From: Candidatus Poribacteria bacterium
Lineage (GTDB): Bacteria > Poribacteria > WGA-4E > PCPOR2b
NCBI GenBank assembly: GCA_965208675.1
Contig: OZ242351.1
Location: forward strand, 2,880,001-2,944,000
Length of the DNA: 64,000 nt
Direction of reading: 5' to 3'
In this document: positions 39,785 to 49,788 of the stretch, in pieces
Numbering within the stretch: the first letter of the stretch is position 1
Layout: every line of letters starts with the position of its first letter
Translations under genes and position numbers: made by a program
Notes under the pieces: generated by a model
Told to the model about the DNA's origin: nothing
Seen by the model: only the letters and a program-made list of their open reading frames with translations
Database searches by the model: none

Positions 39785-40957
39785 TTGAAGGTTGCAATTG
39801 TTCATTACTGGCTAGTTAGTATGCGCGGCGGTGAGAAAGTTGTGGAGGCGCTCTGTGAACTCTTCCCCAATGCGGATGTCTTCACCCATGTGTACAAACC
39901 ATCCGCAATTTCAGAAACCATTAAGAAGCATCGAATCCAGACGACTTTTATCCAGAATTTGCCCGGTGCAGTCCACCATTACCAAAGCTACTTGCCGTTA
40001 ATGCCAATCGCGCTCGAACAACTCAATCTGAAGAACTACGACTTAGTGATAAGCAGCGAGTCGGGGCCAGCGAAGGGGGTAGTGATTCCACCCGACGCCC
40101 TGCACGTGTGCTACTGCCATACCCCAATGCGCTACGTGTGGCCCCTGTACCACGACTATCAGCAAACTGCGAGCTGGTTAAAGCGAATTTTTATGCCGAT
40201 AGCCGCTCACTACTTGCGGTTGTGGGATGTGACTTCAGCTTCGCGGGTCGATCATTTTTTCGCGAATTCCGCCTACGTTGCAAGGCGAGTTATGAGGTAT
40301 TACCGACGCCAATCTGAAGTCATTCACCCGCCCGTGGATACGCACGCCTTTACGCCGTCTGACATACGGGGGGACTTCTATTTAATGGCTGGTCAACTCG
40401 TCAGCTATAAACGCGCCGATGTCGCAGTGGAAGCCTTTAACAAGTTGGGGAAGCGGCTGACAATCATCGGTGGCGGGGACCAATCGAAACGGCTGAGGAA
40501 AGCAGCTGCGCCTAATATAACCTTCTTGGGGCGGCAGTCTTTCTCAGTCCTCCGGGATCACTATGCCCGTTGCCGTGCGCTTATCTTTCCCGGCGAAGAA
40601 GATTTCGGCATTGTTCCCGTAGAAGCTATGGCATCGGGGCGACCCGTCATTGCCTTTAAGGCGGGCGGCGCACTGGAAACGGTTGTGGATGGGGTGACGG
40701 GACTTTTCTTTGATGAGCAGACACCCGAGTCGCTTGTTGAAGCCATTGAACGTTTTGAACTTATGGAAACGAAGTTTTCATCGGCTCGTATCGCGCAACA
40801 TGCAGAGCAATTTAACCGTCGGAATTTCAAGGAAGGCATGCGGCGGGCAATTGAGACATTAATCCAAGAAAAGAACCGTCAATCAATTGCAAATCTGTAC
40901 GCCTCATATCGGGACAAGTCCACGATGAAAGGCAGGACCGAATCGGACCGAATATGA
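39785..40957 (+). CDS. GT4 family glycosyltransferase
   Basis: KVAIVHYWLV.MRGGEKV, YCHTPMRY, YKRAD, EEDFGIVPVEAMASG. Confidence 0.93.
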   Translation: MKVAIVHYWLVSMRGGEKVVEALCELFPNADVFTHVYKPSAISETIKKHRIQTTFIQNLPGAVHHYQSYLPLMPIALEQLNLKNYDLVISSESGPAKGVVIPPDALHVCYCHTPMRYVWPLYHDYQQTASWLKRIFMPIAAHYLRLWDVTSASRVDHFFANSAYVARRVMRYYRRQSEVIHPPVDTHAFTPSDIRGDFYLMAGQLVSYKRADVAVEAFNKLGKRLTIIGGGDQSKRLRKAAAPNITFLGRQSFSVLRDHYARCRALIFPGEEDFGIVPVEAMASGRPVIAFKAGGALETVVDGVTGLFFDEQTPESLVEAIERFELMETKFSSARIAQHAEQFNRRNFKEGMRRAIETLIQEKNRQSIANLYASYRDKSTMKGRTESDRI

Positions 40958-41616
40958 AAATCCTTGGTGTTGATACATCAACTCCCATCGGAAGCGTTGG
41001 ATTAATTGACGGCGAAAACTTCGTTGGGGAGCACAGTTTAAATATCGTACAGACTCACTCATCGCGTTTGATTCCTGCAATCGATCAAATCCTAAAATGG
41101 GCAAACCTGACCGTACATGAGCTTGATGCGTGCGCCGTCGGAATAGGCCCAGGTTCATTTACGGGCGTTCGAATTGGCGTTGGCGCCGCTAAAGCGCTCT
41201 GCTATGCAATCAGAAAACCAATCGTCGGGGTTTCCACTCTAGCGGCGGTTGCCGACAATCTTCGTTACACAAACACGGTGATTTGTCCCGTTCTTGACGC
41301 CCGCCGAAATGAAATATACGGTGCCGTCTTTCACGGCGGCGAAAGGTTGGAACGGAAATCTGACGACCTATGTGTTCCGATTGAAGCTTTTTTGGATCGC
41401 GTCAGTGACCCTGCCGTCTTTGTCGGCGATGGGTTGAAGCGATACTCCGGCGCCATACTCAAACGATTCGGGGAAAATGCGATTTTTGCATCCGCTGCCT
41501 TCAACGTGCCGCGCGGCTCGAACATTGCCCGACTCGGTTACGAACGAATATTAAATGGGCGTACGGACGACTATTTTTCATTGACACCCAATTATGTCAG
41601 GAATCAACCGACTTAA
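40954..41616 (+). CDS. tsaB: tRNA threonylcarbamoyladenosine biosynthesis protein TsaB
   Basis: ILGVDTST, HS..L, GPGSFTGVRIG, DARRNEIY, PNY.R. Confidence 0.95.
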   Translation: MKILGVDTSTPIGSVGLIDGENFVGEHSLNIVQTHSSRLIPAIDQILKWANLTVHELDACAVGIGPGSFTGVRIGVGAAKALCYAIRKPIVGVSTLAAVADNLRYTNTVICPVLDARRNEIYGAVFHGGERLERKSDDLCVPIEAFLDRVSDPAVFVGDGLKRYSGAILKRFGENAIFASAAFNVPRGSNIARLGYERILNGRTDDYFSLTPNYVRNQPT

Positions 41617-41677
41617 TCGAGAGCACGATAGTCCAAACCTCATCTCAAACACTATCGCATTCACTAGTCAGTTGCAG

Positions 41678-42103
41678 TTACGGATTCGTCGGCGACGTAC
41701 AAACTAGGACGATTAACATCTCAGTTCCGGTGTTCTCAAGGCCGTGCACACACCAAGGCGGTAAGTAGATAAAATCGCCCGCTTTCACCTCACGAGTGTA
41801 ATGGGCAAAAGTCATCTCCCCCTCGCCTTGGAGAATGACGTAGCATTCTTCGGGTTCGTGCGAACCCGTGGGGAGTACGGTGTGCGGCGGCATGTAAAGT
41901 TGCGTGATACTGAAATTCTGAGATGGCGCGTTGGGATTGGTCGGATGCAGCACTCGGACAGCAGGCCCCTCGCACGGCGGAAATAGGATTGGGATTCCCT
42001 CTTGGACGGTTACAATCTTAGGATCCGGCGCCACATCGGGTTTGGGAATCTTGGGCGGTGGCGCGTCTTCTTCGTATCCTTTGTACACGATAAACTTTGA
42101 CAT
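41678..42103 (-). CDS. Cupin domain protein
   Basis: SHEPEECYVILQGEG, GDFIYLPPWCVHGLENTG; AAGGAGG RBS. Confidence 0.85.
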   Translation of the reverse strand: MSKFIVYKGYEEDAPPPKIPKPDVAPDPKIVTVQEGIPILFPPCEGPAVRVLHPTNPNAPSQNFSITQLYMPPHTVLPTGSHEPEECYVILQGEGEMTFAHYTREVKAGDFIYLPPWCVHGLENTGTEMLIVLVCTSPTNP

Positions 42104-42165
42104 GAAATCCTCCTTAATGTGCAGATTTCCTAAATAGTGCAATTGTCAACTTGAAATTCGATCTG

Positions 42166-42200
42166 AAACCGACGCTTTATTCTTGAAAACTCGGTTTCTT
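42166..42200. repeat. ~35-bp imperfect palindrome AAACCGAnnTTTATTCTTnAAAACTCGGTTTCTT
   Basis: Copies at ~43660, ~43861 and ~61670; half copy at ~5560. Confidence 0.65.
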
Positions 42201-42413
42201 TAACGGAGTAGCATATACAAGCGACTCCCCCATTCCCGTCGGCTTGTAATTCCAAGCCCTAATTCATACCAATTGTAAAAACTAAGTGCTATGAAATTCT
42301 CTCGGTAACGTCAAAACTATAGCAGATAACTACCTCATATACAACCTCAAAGTGATTATTCAAACAGATTAGATTCCTGAATCGTTCCACATTTGCAGGA
42401 AGGCGAGGCCAAA

Positions 42414-43610
42414 ATGAAAATTACCGGCGTCCGCGTATTCGTCACTCGTCCAACGGGACTGAACTATGTTGTCATCAAAATCTTAACCGATGAAGGCGTT
42501 TATGGAGTGGGAGAGGGGTCGCTCAACGGAAACGAAATTGTCGTCGCTCGGTATCTCGAACACATCAAGGAGTTACTTATCGGACATGACCCGCACAACA
42601 TCGAAGATTTGTGGCATTTGATTTACCGCAGCGGCTATTGGCGGTCAGGACCGGTGTTCAAAGCAGCGCTGTCCGCCATCGACTTCGCCCTGTGGGATAT
42701 TAAGGGAAAAGTCGCGAACTTGCCCGTTTACCAACTGTTGGGCGGTGCTTCACGGAAAGCCGTAAAGGTTTATGGGCATGCCGGCGGGCGTGATGCCAAA
42801 GAGATAGAAGATAGCGTTCGTTCATTCTTGGAACGCGGTTTTAAAATTGTCCGCTGCCAAAGCGGTGACTACGGCGGCAGCGGCCGCCTCGATTACGAAC
42901 CACCCATACGCGATGGTGTACCCGGCACAGCAATCTTTGAACCCGCGGGCTATCTCCTTGAAACACCTCGAATATTTGAGCATCTGCGTAACGCGCTCGG
43001 TATGGAAGTTGAGTTGTGCCACGATGTACACGAGCAGCTAACACCGACGGAAGCCGCCTGGTTGGCAAAACAACTCGAGCCGTACCGGCTCTTTTTCCTC
43101 GAAGATCCCGTGATGCCGGAAGAGCGCGAAGGATTGCGCCAAATTCGCCAATCCTCTACTACAAATGTCGCCATCGGCGAATTGTTCACCGATCGGGACG
43201 AGTGCATGACGCTGTTTCAAGAGCGGTTGATTGACTACATCCGCATCGCTCCGTTGCACGTCGGCGGTATCACAGAGGCTCGTAAAATCATGGTGCTTGC
43301 CGAACCCTTCAGCGTGAAATCGGCGTTCCACGGCGCGGCGGATTTGGGGCCAATTTCACAGGCAGCCGCGCTCCATCTACAAATGGTTATCCCCAACTTC
43401 GGCGTACAAGAGTGGACAGACTTCAGCAGTAGCGAGACGCTGTGCGAGCTCTTTCCAACGCCCTGCAAACTTGTAGACGGTTATGCTCACCCAGGCGGCG
43501 CGCCGGGACTCGGGATTGACTTCAACGAAGAGTTGGCGAAAAAATTCCCCTACCAATCTACGTACATGCCGATTGTAAGGCGGTCGGATGGAACCATGCA
43601 CCGCTACTAA
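42414..43610 (+). CDS. Enolase superfamily dehydratase (mannonate dehydratase/RspA-like)
   Basis: IEDLWH.IYRSGYWRSGP, LWDIKGK, CHDVHE, FFLEDP, IGE, HG..DLGP, RRSDG. Confidence 0.9.
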   Translation: MKITGVRVFVTRPTGLNYVVIKILTDEGVYGVGEGSLNGNEIVVARYLEHIKELLIGHDPHNIEDLWHLIYRSGYWRSGPVFKAALSAIDFALWDIKGKVANLPVYQLLGGASRKAVKVYGHAGGRDAKEIEDSVRSFLERGFKIVRCQSGDYGGSGRLDYEPPIRDGVPGTAIFEPAGYLLETPRIFEHLRNALGMEVELCHDVHEQLTPTEAAWLAKQLEPYRLFFLEDPVMPEEREGLRQIRQSSTTNVAIGELFTDRDECMTLFQERLIDYIRIAPLHVGGITEARKIMVLAEPFSVKSAFHGAADLGPISQAAALHLQMVIPNFGVQEWTDFSSSETLCELFPTPCKLVDGYAHPGGAPGLGIDFNEELAKKFPYQSTYMPIVRRSDGTMHRY

Positions 43611-43659
43611 ATCCGCGGGCAAGTCATTGGGAATTTTTATCCTTACAGAATGTAACTAG

Positions 43660-43895
43660 AAACCGATGTTCTTTCTTCAAAACTCAGTTTCTTAATCGCA
43701 GCAAAAACCCCCTATAGCCCCAGCGGGGCGGCAGGTGTATAACAAACAGCATTTTCGCAGCTTGGGTTGAGGGCACGAACCCATCGTCGGGAATCGGAAT
43801 TCCCTCCTACCAGACCCAATCTCCCCGTAGGAGCGATCTCCGAATCGCGACCTTTAATTTAAACCGAGTTTTATTCTTCAAAACTCGGTTTCTTA
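43660..43895. repeat. Intergenic mosaic of palindromic and REP-like repeats
   Basis: Two AAACCGA...TCGGTTTCTT-type palindromes enclose tagccccagcggggcg, gggaatcggaattccctcctac and gtaggagcgatctccgaatcgcga. Confidence 0.6.
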
Positions 43896-44067
43896 TTCAT
43901 AGCGATAATAGGAAACTACTTCACCATCCCTGCCGGCCATGGTTTCCATATCCTAACTTTTTGCCAGCCCAAATATGTAAACCACTTTCGTCACAAATTC
44001 AATTTAGTGGAACAAACTTCAATTTATCGTGTGCTACCTCCCAAACAATAAAAGGAGGAAACACAGA

Positions 44068-45546
44068 ATGAAATCTCATGTTCGAGTAACGCTTTGTATC
44101 GCAGTAGCCTTGGCATTCGCCGTTAACATGGTCCATCCCACCGCGGCGCCAGCCGCAGATAAAATACAAACACTCCAAGAACTCAGCGACGCATTCGCAG
44201 AGATTGCGAGTGAGGCTAGCAAAATGGTGGTGGCGGTTAAAGCCGAGCAAACTGTAAAGCACAGCAGTAAGGGCGAGCATTACTGGCTTCCCCGTGTGAT
44301 TCCGAAAGGGGATGGGACATATCAACCCTTTTACAACGTACCTGACTCGGGAATTCAAAACCGAGAGTTCCGTCTCCCACCCGAACCACCTCATTTCTTG
44401 CAGGATTTTCCCTATTTCGAAGGCTTTGGTTCTGGCATCGTACTTGATGATGAAGGCCACATCGCCACGGCTGCAGAGTTAATTGGAAACGCCAACAATA
44501 TCACCGTCACGCTCGGAAACAGCACGCACCGCGAAGCTAAACTGATTGGAGTGGACAACGGAACCGGCATTGCGGTAATTAAGGTCGATCGCGACGCCGT
44601 TACGCATGCGAAAATTGGCGAATCTGATCAGGTTAAAATCGGTGAGTTAGCGCTCGATCTCAGGCGAAGCGTCGAAGGCAATCTATCCGTAGCCCTTGGT
44701 GTCGTCAGCGGCATTGAACATCAACTACCCGTCAGCAATTATAACGACGTAATCAAAATTAGCACAAATCTCCGCTCCGGTTCGGCGGGCGGGGCTGTCG
44801 TTAACGCAAGCGGTGAGGTCATCGGAATGGGTATCGACAACACATCGGACGGCGCATTTGCTATCCCAATCCGCACGGTTAAGCGCATTGCCGCGGAACT
44901 CATTGAACATGGTAAAGTTCAACGCGGCTGGTTGGGTGTTCAGATTCAAAACGTCAATCCGGAAACAACGCTGAAACTTGGCCTTGAGGCACCAAGCGGA
45001 GCGCTTATCCAGCGCGTTCTTCAGGGAACACCTGCCGCAAGAGCCGGCTTGAAAATTAACGACGTAATTGTCGCGGTGGATGATGATGCAATTACGAATG
45101 TAAAACATCTGCGGCGGGTGATCGAGATGGCAAAACCGTATTCCGACGTATCCGTCACGGTTATGCGCGATCGCTCAACGATCGAAATTCCCGTGACGCT
45201 TGGCGAACGAACAGATGAAGCAGTTCACGGTTACGTCGAGCACCGTATTGAAAGTCAAACTGGCTGGAAAGGACTGAGTCTGCAGACCCTGACTAAGTCG
45301 CTTGCGGAAGCGTTCGGTTATGGGACTTATGAAGGAGTTTTAATCGCTGGTGTGGAGCCGGATAGCCCGGCTGCCGAAGCTGCCACCGGCGAAGAGAATC
45401 TTCGAAAGGGCGACCTTATCCTTGAAGTTGACCACCAACATGTCAAAAACGTTGACGCCTTCAAAGCCGCTGTACAGTCGGACAAAGAGACCATCTTGTT
45501 GCGTGTAAAACGCGGCGCACAGATGTGGTATGTTACCGTAAAGTAA
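44068..45546 (+). CDS. DegP/HtrA-like protein (trypsin-like + 2 PDZ), catalytic triad lost
   Basis: AAAGGAGG RBS, signal peptide, GFGSGI, IATAAELI, TGIAVIKV, LRSGSAGGA, two PDZ domains. Confidence 0.85.
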   Translation: MKSHVRVTLCIAVALAFAVNMVHPTAAPAADKIQTLQELSDAFAEIASEASKMVVAVKAEQTVKHSSKGEHYWLPRVIPKGDGTYQPFYNVPDSGIQNREFRLPPEPPHFLQDFPYFEGFGSGIVLDDEGHIATAAELIGNANNITVTLGNSTHREAKLIGVDNGTGIAVIKVDRDAVTHAKIGESDQVKIGELALDLRRSVEGNLSVALGVVSGIEHQLPVSNYNDVIKISTNLRSGSAGGAVVNASGEVIGMGIDNTSDGAFAIPIRTVKRIAAELIEHGKVQRGWLGVQIQNVNPETTLKLGLEAPSGALIQRVLQGTPAARAGLKINDVIVAVDDDAITNVKHLRRVIEMAKPYSDVSVTVMRDRSTIEIPVTLGERTDEAVHGYVEHRIESQTGWKGLSLQTLTKSLAEAFGYGTYEGVLIAGVEPDSPAAEAATGEENLRKGDLILEVDHQHVKNVDAFKAAVQSDKETILLRVKRGAQMWYVTVK

Positions 45547-45737
45547 ATCCATTCGATTTGCTTTTATGGAATCAAACACTTTGGATGTGTTATAATTCAG
45601 CCGCTTCAACATGGCGTCGCATTTTGTTACGCCGCCGGATCAGATGGTTGTCAATTCTATTCTGACAACCTCTGCCGCGCAACTGAATTCTATTGCAAAT
45701 GAACGCACATTCAAAGAGAGGGCAAAAGCAGAAATCG

Positions 45738-46610
45738 ATGGAATTACTTAAGCTGGGGATTCCCAAGGGGTCGCTCCAAGAATCCACCATCAACCTGTTC
45801 AAAAGAGCCGGATACAATATCACAGTCAGCAGTAGATCCTACTATCCACAGATAGACGACGACCAAATTGAGGTCATGCTTCTTCGCCCGCAAGAGATGG
45901 CGCTCTACGTCGAACGCGGCGTAATTGATGTGGGGCTGGCTGGACGTGACTGGGTGCGTGAATGCAAAGCGGACGTACTAGAGATTGCATCGCTCACCTA
46001 CAGCAAACAGACAAACCAACCAGCACGGTGGGTTCTGGCTGTCGGAGAGGAGTCACCCATCGAATCTGCCGCAGACCTTGAAGGCAAGGTCATTTTCACC
46101 GAATTGGTTGAAGCGACCAGAACCTATCTCGCGCAAAGCGGTGTCAACGCAACAGTCAAATTTTCACACGGCGCAACGGAAGTCAAAATTCCGCACCTGT
46201 GCGACGCAATCGTGGAAATCACGGAAACAGGAAGTTCGCTACGCGCGAATCAATTGAAAATCGTTGACGTCGTGATGGAATCTGTGACCACGCTGATTTC
46301 GAATAAAGAGAGTTGGAAAAACGAATGGAAGCAGACGAAGACGAAAAACCTGCATATGCTGCTTTCAGGTGCGTTGACGGCGGAGCAGAAGGTTGGCTTG
46401 AAGATGAATATTGGTCAAGAAAATCTGAATTCGTTGCTGGCAATCTTGCCTGCCATGAAAAATCCGACAATATCTTCACTCAGTGACGACGGTTGGTACG
46501 CTGTCGAGACCATAACTGATGAGCACGTAGTACGCGATTTGATACCGGAACTAAGGCGGATTGGCGCCGAAGGCATTATAGAATATCCACTAAACAAAGT
46601 GATTCCCTGA
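45738..46610 (+). CDS. hisG: ATP phosphoribosyltransferase (long form)
   Basis: LGIPKGSL, RPQEM, GLAGRDW, GATE, ETGSSLRAN, C-terminal PTIS and GAEGIIE. Confidence 0.95.
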   Translation: MELLKLGIPKGSLQESTINLFKRAGYNITVSSRSYYPQIDDDQIEVMLLRPQEMALYVERGVIDVGLAGRDWVRECKADVLEIASLTYSKQTNQPARWVLAVGEESPIESAADLEGKVIFTELVEATRTYLAQSGVNATVKFSHGATEVKIPHLCDAIVEITETGSSLRANQLKIVDVVMESVTTLISNKESWKNEWKQTKTKNLHMLLSGALTAEQKVGLKMNIGQENLNSLLAILPAMKNPTISSLSDDGWYAVETITDEHVVRDLIPELRRIGAEGIIEYPLNKVIP

Positions 46611-46787
46611 AACCGCACACAATCTCGAAGTGAATCCAATCAACACACGCCTTTTATCCTGAACATCCTTCAATCCTGTAAATCCTGTTTCAGACAATCA
46701 CCCCAATCGTACCGCTTTCAATCACCCACTGCCCCTAATCCTACCCATCATTTAACCACATAAATCACAGTTGGGGCAAAAGTTTGA

Positions 46788-47375
46788 TTAAAGCATCCCT
46801 TTTGTCGAAGGTATATCGCTGATGCGGTCGTCGAAACTCGTTGCGATATCCAACGCCCTTGCAACAGCCTTGAAGATTGCTTCAATGATATGATGGCGGT
46901 TTGTTCCATGCGATACGTTGACATGCAGTGTCGTCCCGCTATGGTTGACAAATCCGTGAAAAAATTCCTCAGCGAGCTCAACGTCAAAACTTCCCACCTT
47001 GCCCCGGCGCAGCGGCGTGCGGTAGAGCAGGTATGGACGGCCGCATAAGTCTAGGTCCACTTGCGCTAGGGCTTCATACATTGGAACAACGAAACTGCCA
47101 AACCGGCGGATGCCGGCTTTGTCTCCTACTGCGTTTTTGAAGGCTTCTCCCAAACAAATACCGACATCTTCCACCACGTGATGATCGTCAACATGGAGAT
47201 CGCCTGTTGCATTGACCTCAAGATTAAAGAGTCCGTGCTTGGCAAAGAGTTCAAGCATGTGGTCTAGAAATCCAACGCGGGTGCTAATTTCCGACTCACC
47301 TGTTCCATCAATGTTCAGTGTGAGCCTAATCTGCGTTTCCCGCGTTTCGCGTATAATTTCAGCTTCACGTTTCAC
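46788..47375 (-). CDS. hisB: Imidazoleglycerol-phosphate dehydratase
   Basis: [37 protein letters not shown]. Confidence 0.97.
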   Translation of the reverse strand: MKREAEIIRETRETQIRLTLNIDGTGESEISTRVGFLDHMLELFAKHGLFNLEVNATGDLHVDDHHVVEDVGICLGEAFKNAVGDKAGIRRFGSFVVPMYEALAQVDLDLCGRPYLLYRTPLRRGKVGSFDVELAEEFFHGFVNHSGTTLHVNVSHGTNRHHIIEAIFKAVARALDIATSFDDRISDIPSTKGML

Positions 47376-47637
47376 GGTATCCGTTCCTCATTGGCGTAGG
47401 TTGTTTCAAGGACTAGCTTCGGCAATCGACCCGTACCGAGCCGTTAGTTTAGCATAAGGCCTGTGCTGAATCAAGTCCAAATCTTACATCAGAAATAATA
47501 ACCCAGCGCCAAAATATGTCCGTGGCTTCCATCAAACGCCCCTGAATCGCGGAGCTTTGGGAGAGGGTGGTTGATGAAAGTGACGGCCTTGATTGGCTTC
47601 TCCTTCGACACGTCTCGGTGCTTTACTCAAACAAACG

Positions 47638-47666
47638 TTGACAGAAACTTCACTATATGGTACATT
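47638..47666 (+). promoter_or_regulatory. Sigma70-type promoter
   Basis: TTGACA-N17-TACATT with extended TG, upstream of the aminotransferase. Confidence 0.6.
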
Positions 47667-47729
47667 GTTTAGTGAATTAACGCATAACAACAAAGAACAA
47701 CAAAAGCGGAGCGAACGCCGGAGCGAAAT

Positions 47730-48986
47730 ATGCCAGAACGATTGGCAATTCATGGTGGAAAACCGGTCACTACAGAACCTATTCCCAGCGGAGTCCACGG
47801 ACCAAGCGTTATCGATGAACGAGAGATTAAAGCGGTCAACGATGTGCTGCGGAGCGGAAACCTTTTCCGATTTGTCGTAAACTCTAATGTAGCCGCGTTT
47901 GAGAAGGAGGCGGCAGAGCTATTGGGTGTGAAATATGCCTTGATGGTAAACTCCGGCACAAGTGCGTTAATTTGCGCCTTAACCGGACTCGGCATCGGGC
48001 CCGGCGATGAGGTCATCCTCCCCGCTTACACCTTCATCGCAACAGCAGCGGCAATTGTCGCCGTAGGTGCTGTTCCCGTGATTGCCGAAATTGACAAATC
48101 GCTTGGCATGGATCCTGCCGACGCCGCCCGGAAAATTTCTCCATACACGAAGGCAATCCTGCCCGTTCACATGCAAGGTGTACCCTGCAGGCTCGACAAT
48201 CTCATTTCCCTCGCCCGGCAACATAACCTTAAAGTAGTTGAAGATTGCTGCCAGTGTGTCGGAGGGCAATATAAAGGCGCCTACACCGGAACGTTTGGAG
48301 ACGCCGGAGCATGGAGTCTAAACTACTATAAGGTAATAAGCTGCGGTGAAGGCGGATTAGTGTTTACGAATGACTACGATGTTTACGAGCGGGCCGCTTT
48401 CGCTAGCGATCCGGCAATGCCGATGTGGATGAGTGATAAAGAATGGCAAAATCCGCCGTTCTCACGTCAATGTTACCGTCCAAGCGAAGTTATGGGCGCA
48501 ATTGCACGAGTGCAGCTTTCTAAACTCGAAAACATATTGAGTCATACCCGTCGGCTGAAAAAAGCCTTCCTTGCGGAACTAGATGCTCCCAAAGGGTATA
48601 CCCCGCAATTTGTGGACGACCCCAATGGTGAATGCGGCATCAGCGCAGCTATTATTATTGAAGACCCAAAACTTGTGCCAAAATATGCCGAAGCGCTCAA
48701 AGCCGAAGGCGTAAACGCAGGTACAGTCTACAATGAAGGATTTCCAGATCGCCACATTTACCGCTACTGGAATTCGATTCTGTTTAAAAACAGCCCACAC
48801 GAGTCAAACTATCCTTGGCAAGACCCGCAATACGGTGGAAATGTCGAGTATTCACCAGACATGTGCCCGCAAACCCTTTCATTTCTTAGTAGAACTTTAC
48901 GGTTTGGATTCAATGTCAACATGCACGACATTCATGCTAGCATATTAGCATCAGCCGTCAATAAGGTTGACGCAGCTTTAGGATGA
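47730..48986 (+). CDS. DegT/DnrJ/EryC1/StrS PLP-dependent aminotransferase
   Basis: LAIHGGKP, NSGTSAL, GPGDEVI, EDCCQ, SLNYYKVISCGEGG. Confidence 0.93.
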   Translation: MPERLAIHGGKPVTTEPIPSGVHGPSVIDEREIKAVNDVLRSGNLFRFVVNSNVAAFEKEAAELLGVKYALMVNSGTSALICALTGLGIGPGDEVILPAYTFIATAAAIVAVGAVPVIAEIDKSLGMDPADAARKISPYTKAILPVHMQGVPCRLDNLISLARQHNLKVVEDCCQCVGGQYKGAYTGTFGDAGAWSLNYYKVISCGEGGLVFTNDYDVYERAAFASDPAMPMWMSDKEWQNPPFSRQCYRPSEVMGAIARVQLSKLENILSHTRRLKKAFLAELDAPKGYTPQFVDDPNGECGISAAIIIEDPKLVPKYAEALKAEGVNAGTVYNEGFPDRHIYRYWNSILFKNSPHESNYPWQDPQYGGNVEYSPDMCPQTLSFLSRTLRFGFNVNMHDIHASILASAVNKVDAALG

Positions 48987-49074
48987 ATGTGGAATCGCAG
49001 AATAAATTACCGAAGGCGTAGCTTGTCAGTCTATTGTCTTTCTCTCATCGCCTTCCAAGTGAAATTTAATTTTC

Positions 49075-49100
49075 TGAAACGGATTTTCCCGTAAAGCGTT
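49075..49100 (+). promoter_or_regulatory. Candidate ECF promoter
   Basis: TGAAAC-N16-CGTT upstream of the second ECF sigma gene. Confidence 0.5.
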
Positions 49101-49160
49101 CGGATTAATAGGAACTATTTGGTTAGCACGTGCTTGATTACGGTAGGGAGGACACCCACT

Positions 49161-49760
49161 TTGGCGCGCCAAATTACGGATGATCCTTCGGATCAGGAAG
49201 ATACCCATTTGGCAACTCTCACGAAAGAAAGGGATGAGTCCGCCTTTCGATTGTTGTATAACAAGCATTTCAGTTGGGTTTTTAGCAAAACGTATCGTAT
49301 GCTTCAAAACCATCAAGATACTGAAGAGGTTTGCTCCGATATCTTTGTCAAAATGTGGGAGAAAATCGATAAGTGGGATACCGACCAGGGAAGTTTTCAA
49401 GCATGGTTAAATGTCGTAGCCAAGCATACTATCATTGATGCAATTCGCAAGAAAGAAAGAATTCGTGAATCGCTGTTGAATGTCGACGCCGATGCTGACA
49501 TGCCAAGTGAGTACGAGGACAATCGGCCAACACCTGACAGATTGATTGAATCTCAAGAAGCTCAGGAGATTCTGGAACAAGCGCTCGCCCAGGTGACTAA
49601 GCCGAATCATCGAACAGCTTGGATATTACGTCATATAGAGGGATGTAGTATCGCAGAGATTTCCCAAACGCTTGACCGAAAAGAAGGTACCGTCAAGATT
49701 TGGATCTTTCGTTGCGCACAAGAGTTGAAACAAATCCTAATCAGAAAAGGCTTGCAATAG
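49161..49760 (+). CDS. ECF RNA polymerase sigma factor
   Basis: GGGAGGA RBS before TTG; DTEEVCSDIF, SFQAWL..VAKHTIIDAIRK, SIAEIS..L....GTVK.WIFR. Confidence 0.92.
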   Translation: MARQITDDPSDQEDTHLATLTKERDESAFRLLYNKHFSWVFSKTYRMLQNHQDTEEVCSDIFVKMWEKIDKWDTDQGSFQAWLNVVAKHTIIDAIRKKERIRESLLNVDADADMPSEYEDNRPTPDRLIESQEAQEILEQALAQVTKPNHRTAWILRHIEGCSIAEISQTLDRKEGTVKIWIFRCAQELKQILIRKGLQ

Positions 49761-49788
49761 ACATACTAAACTTGGAGGGGAGTTAGCC

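Noticed and set aside
47522-47584. Imperfect long hairpin between hisB and the aminotransferase as a riboswitch
   Set aside because: It lies upstream of the predicted aminotransferase promoter and matches no riboswitch consensus I recognise.
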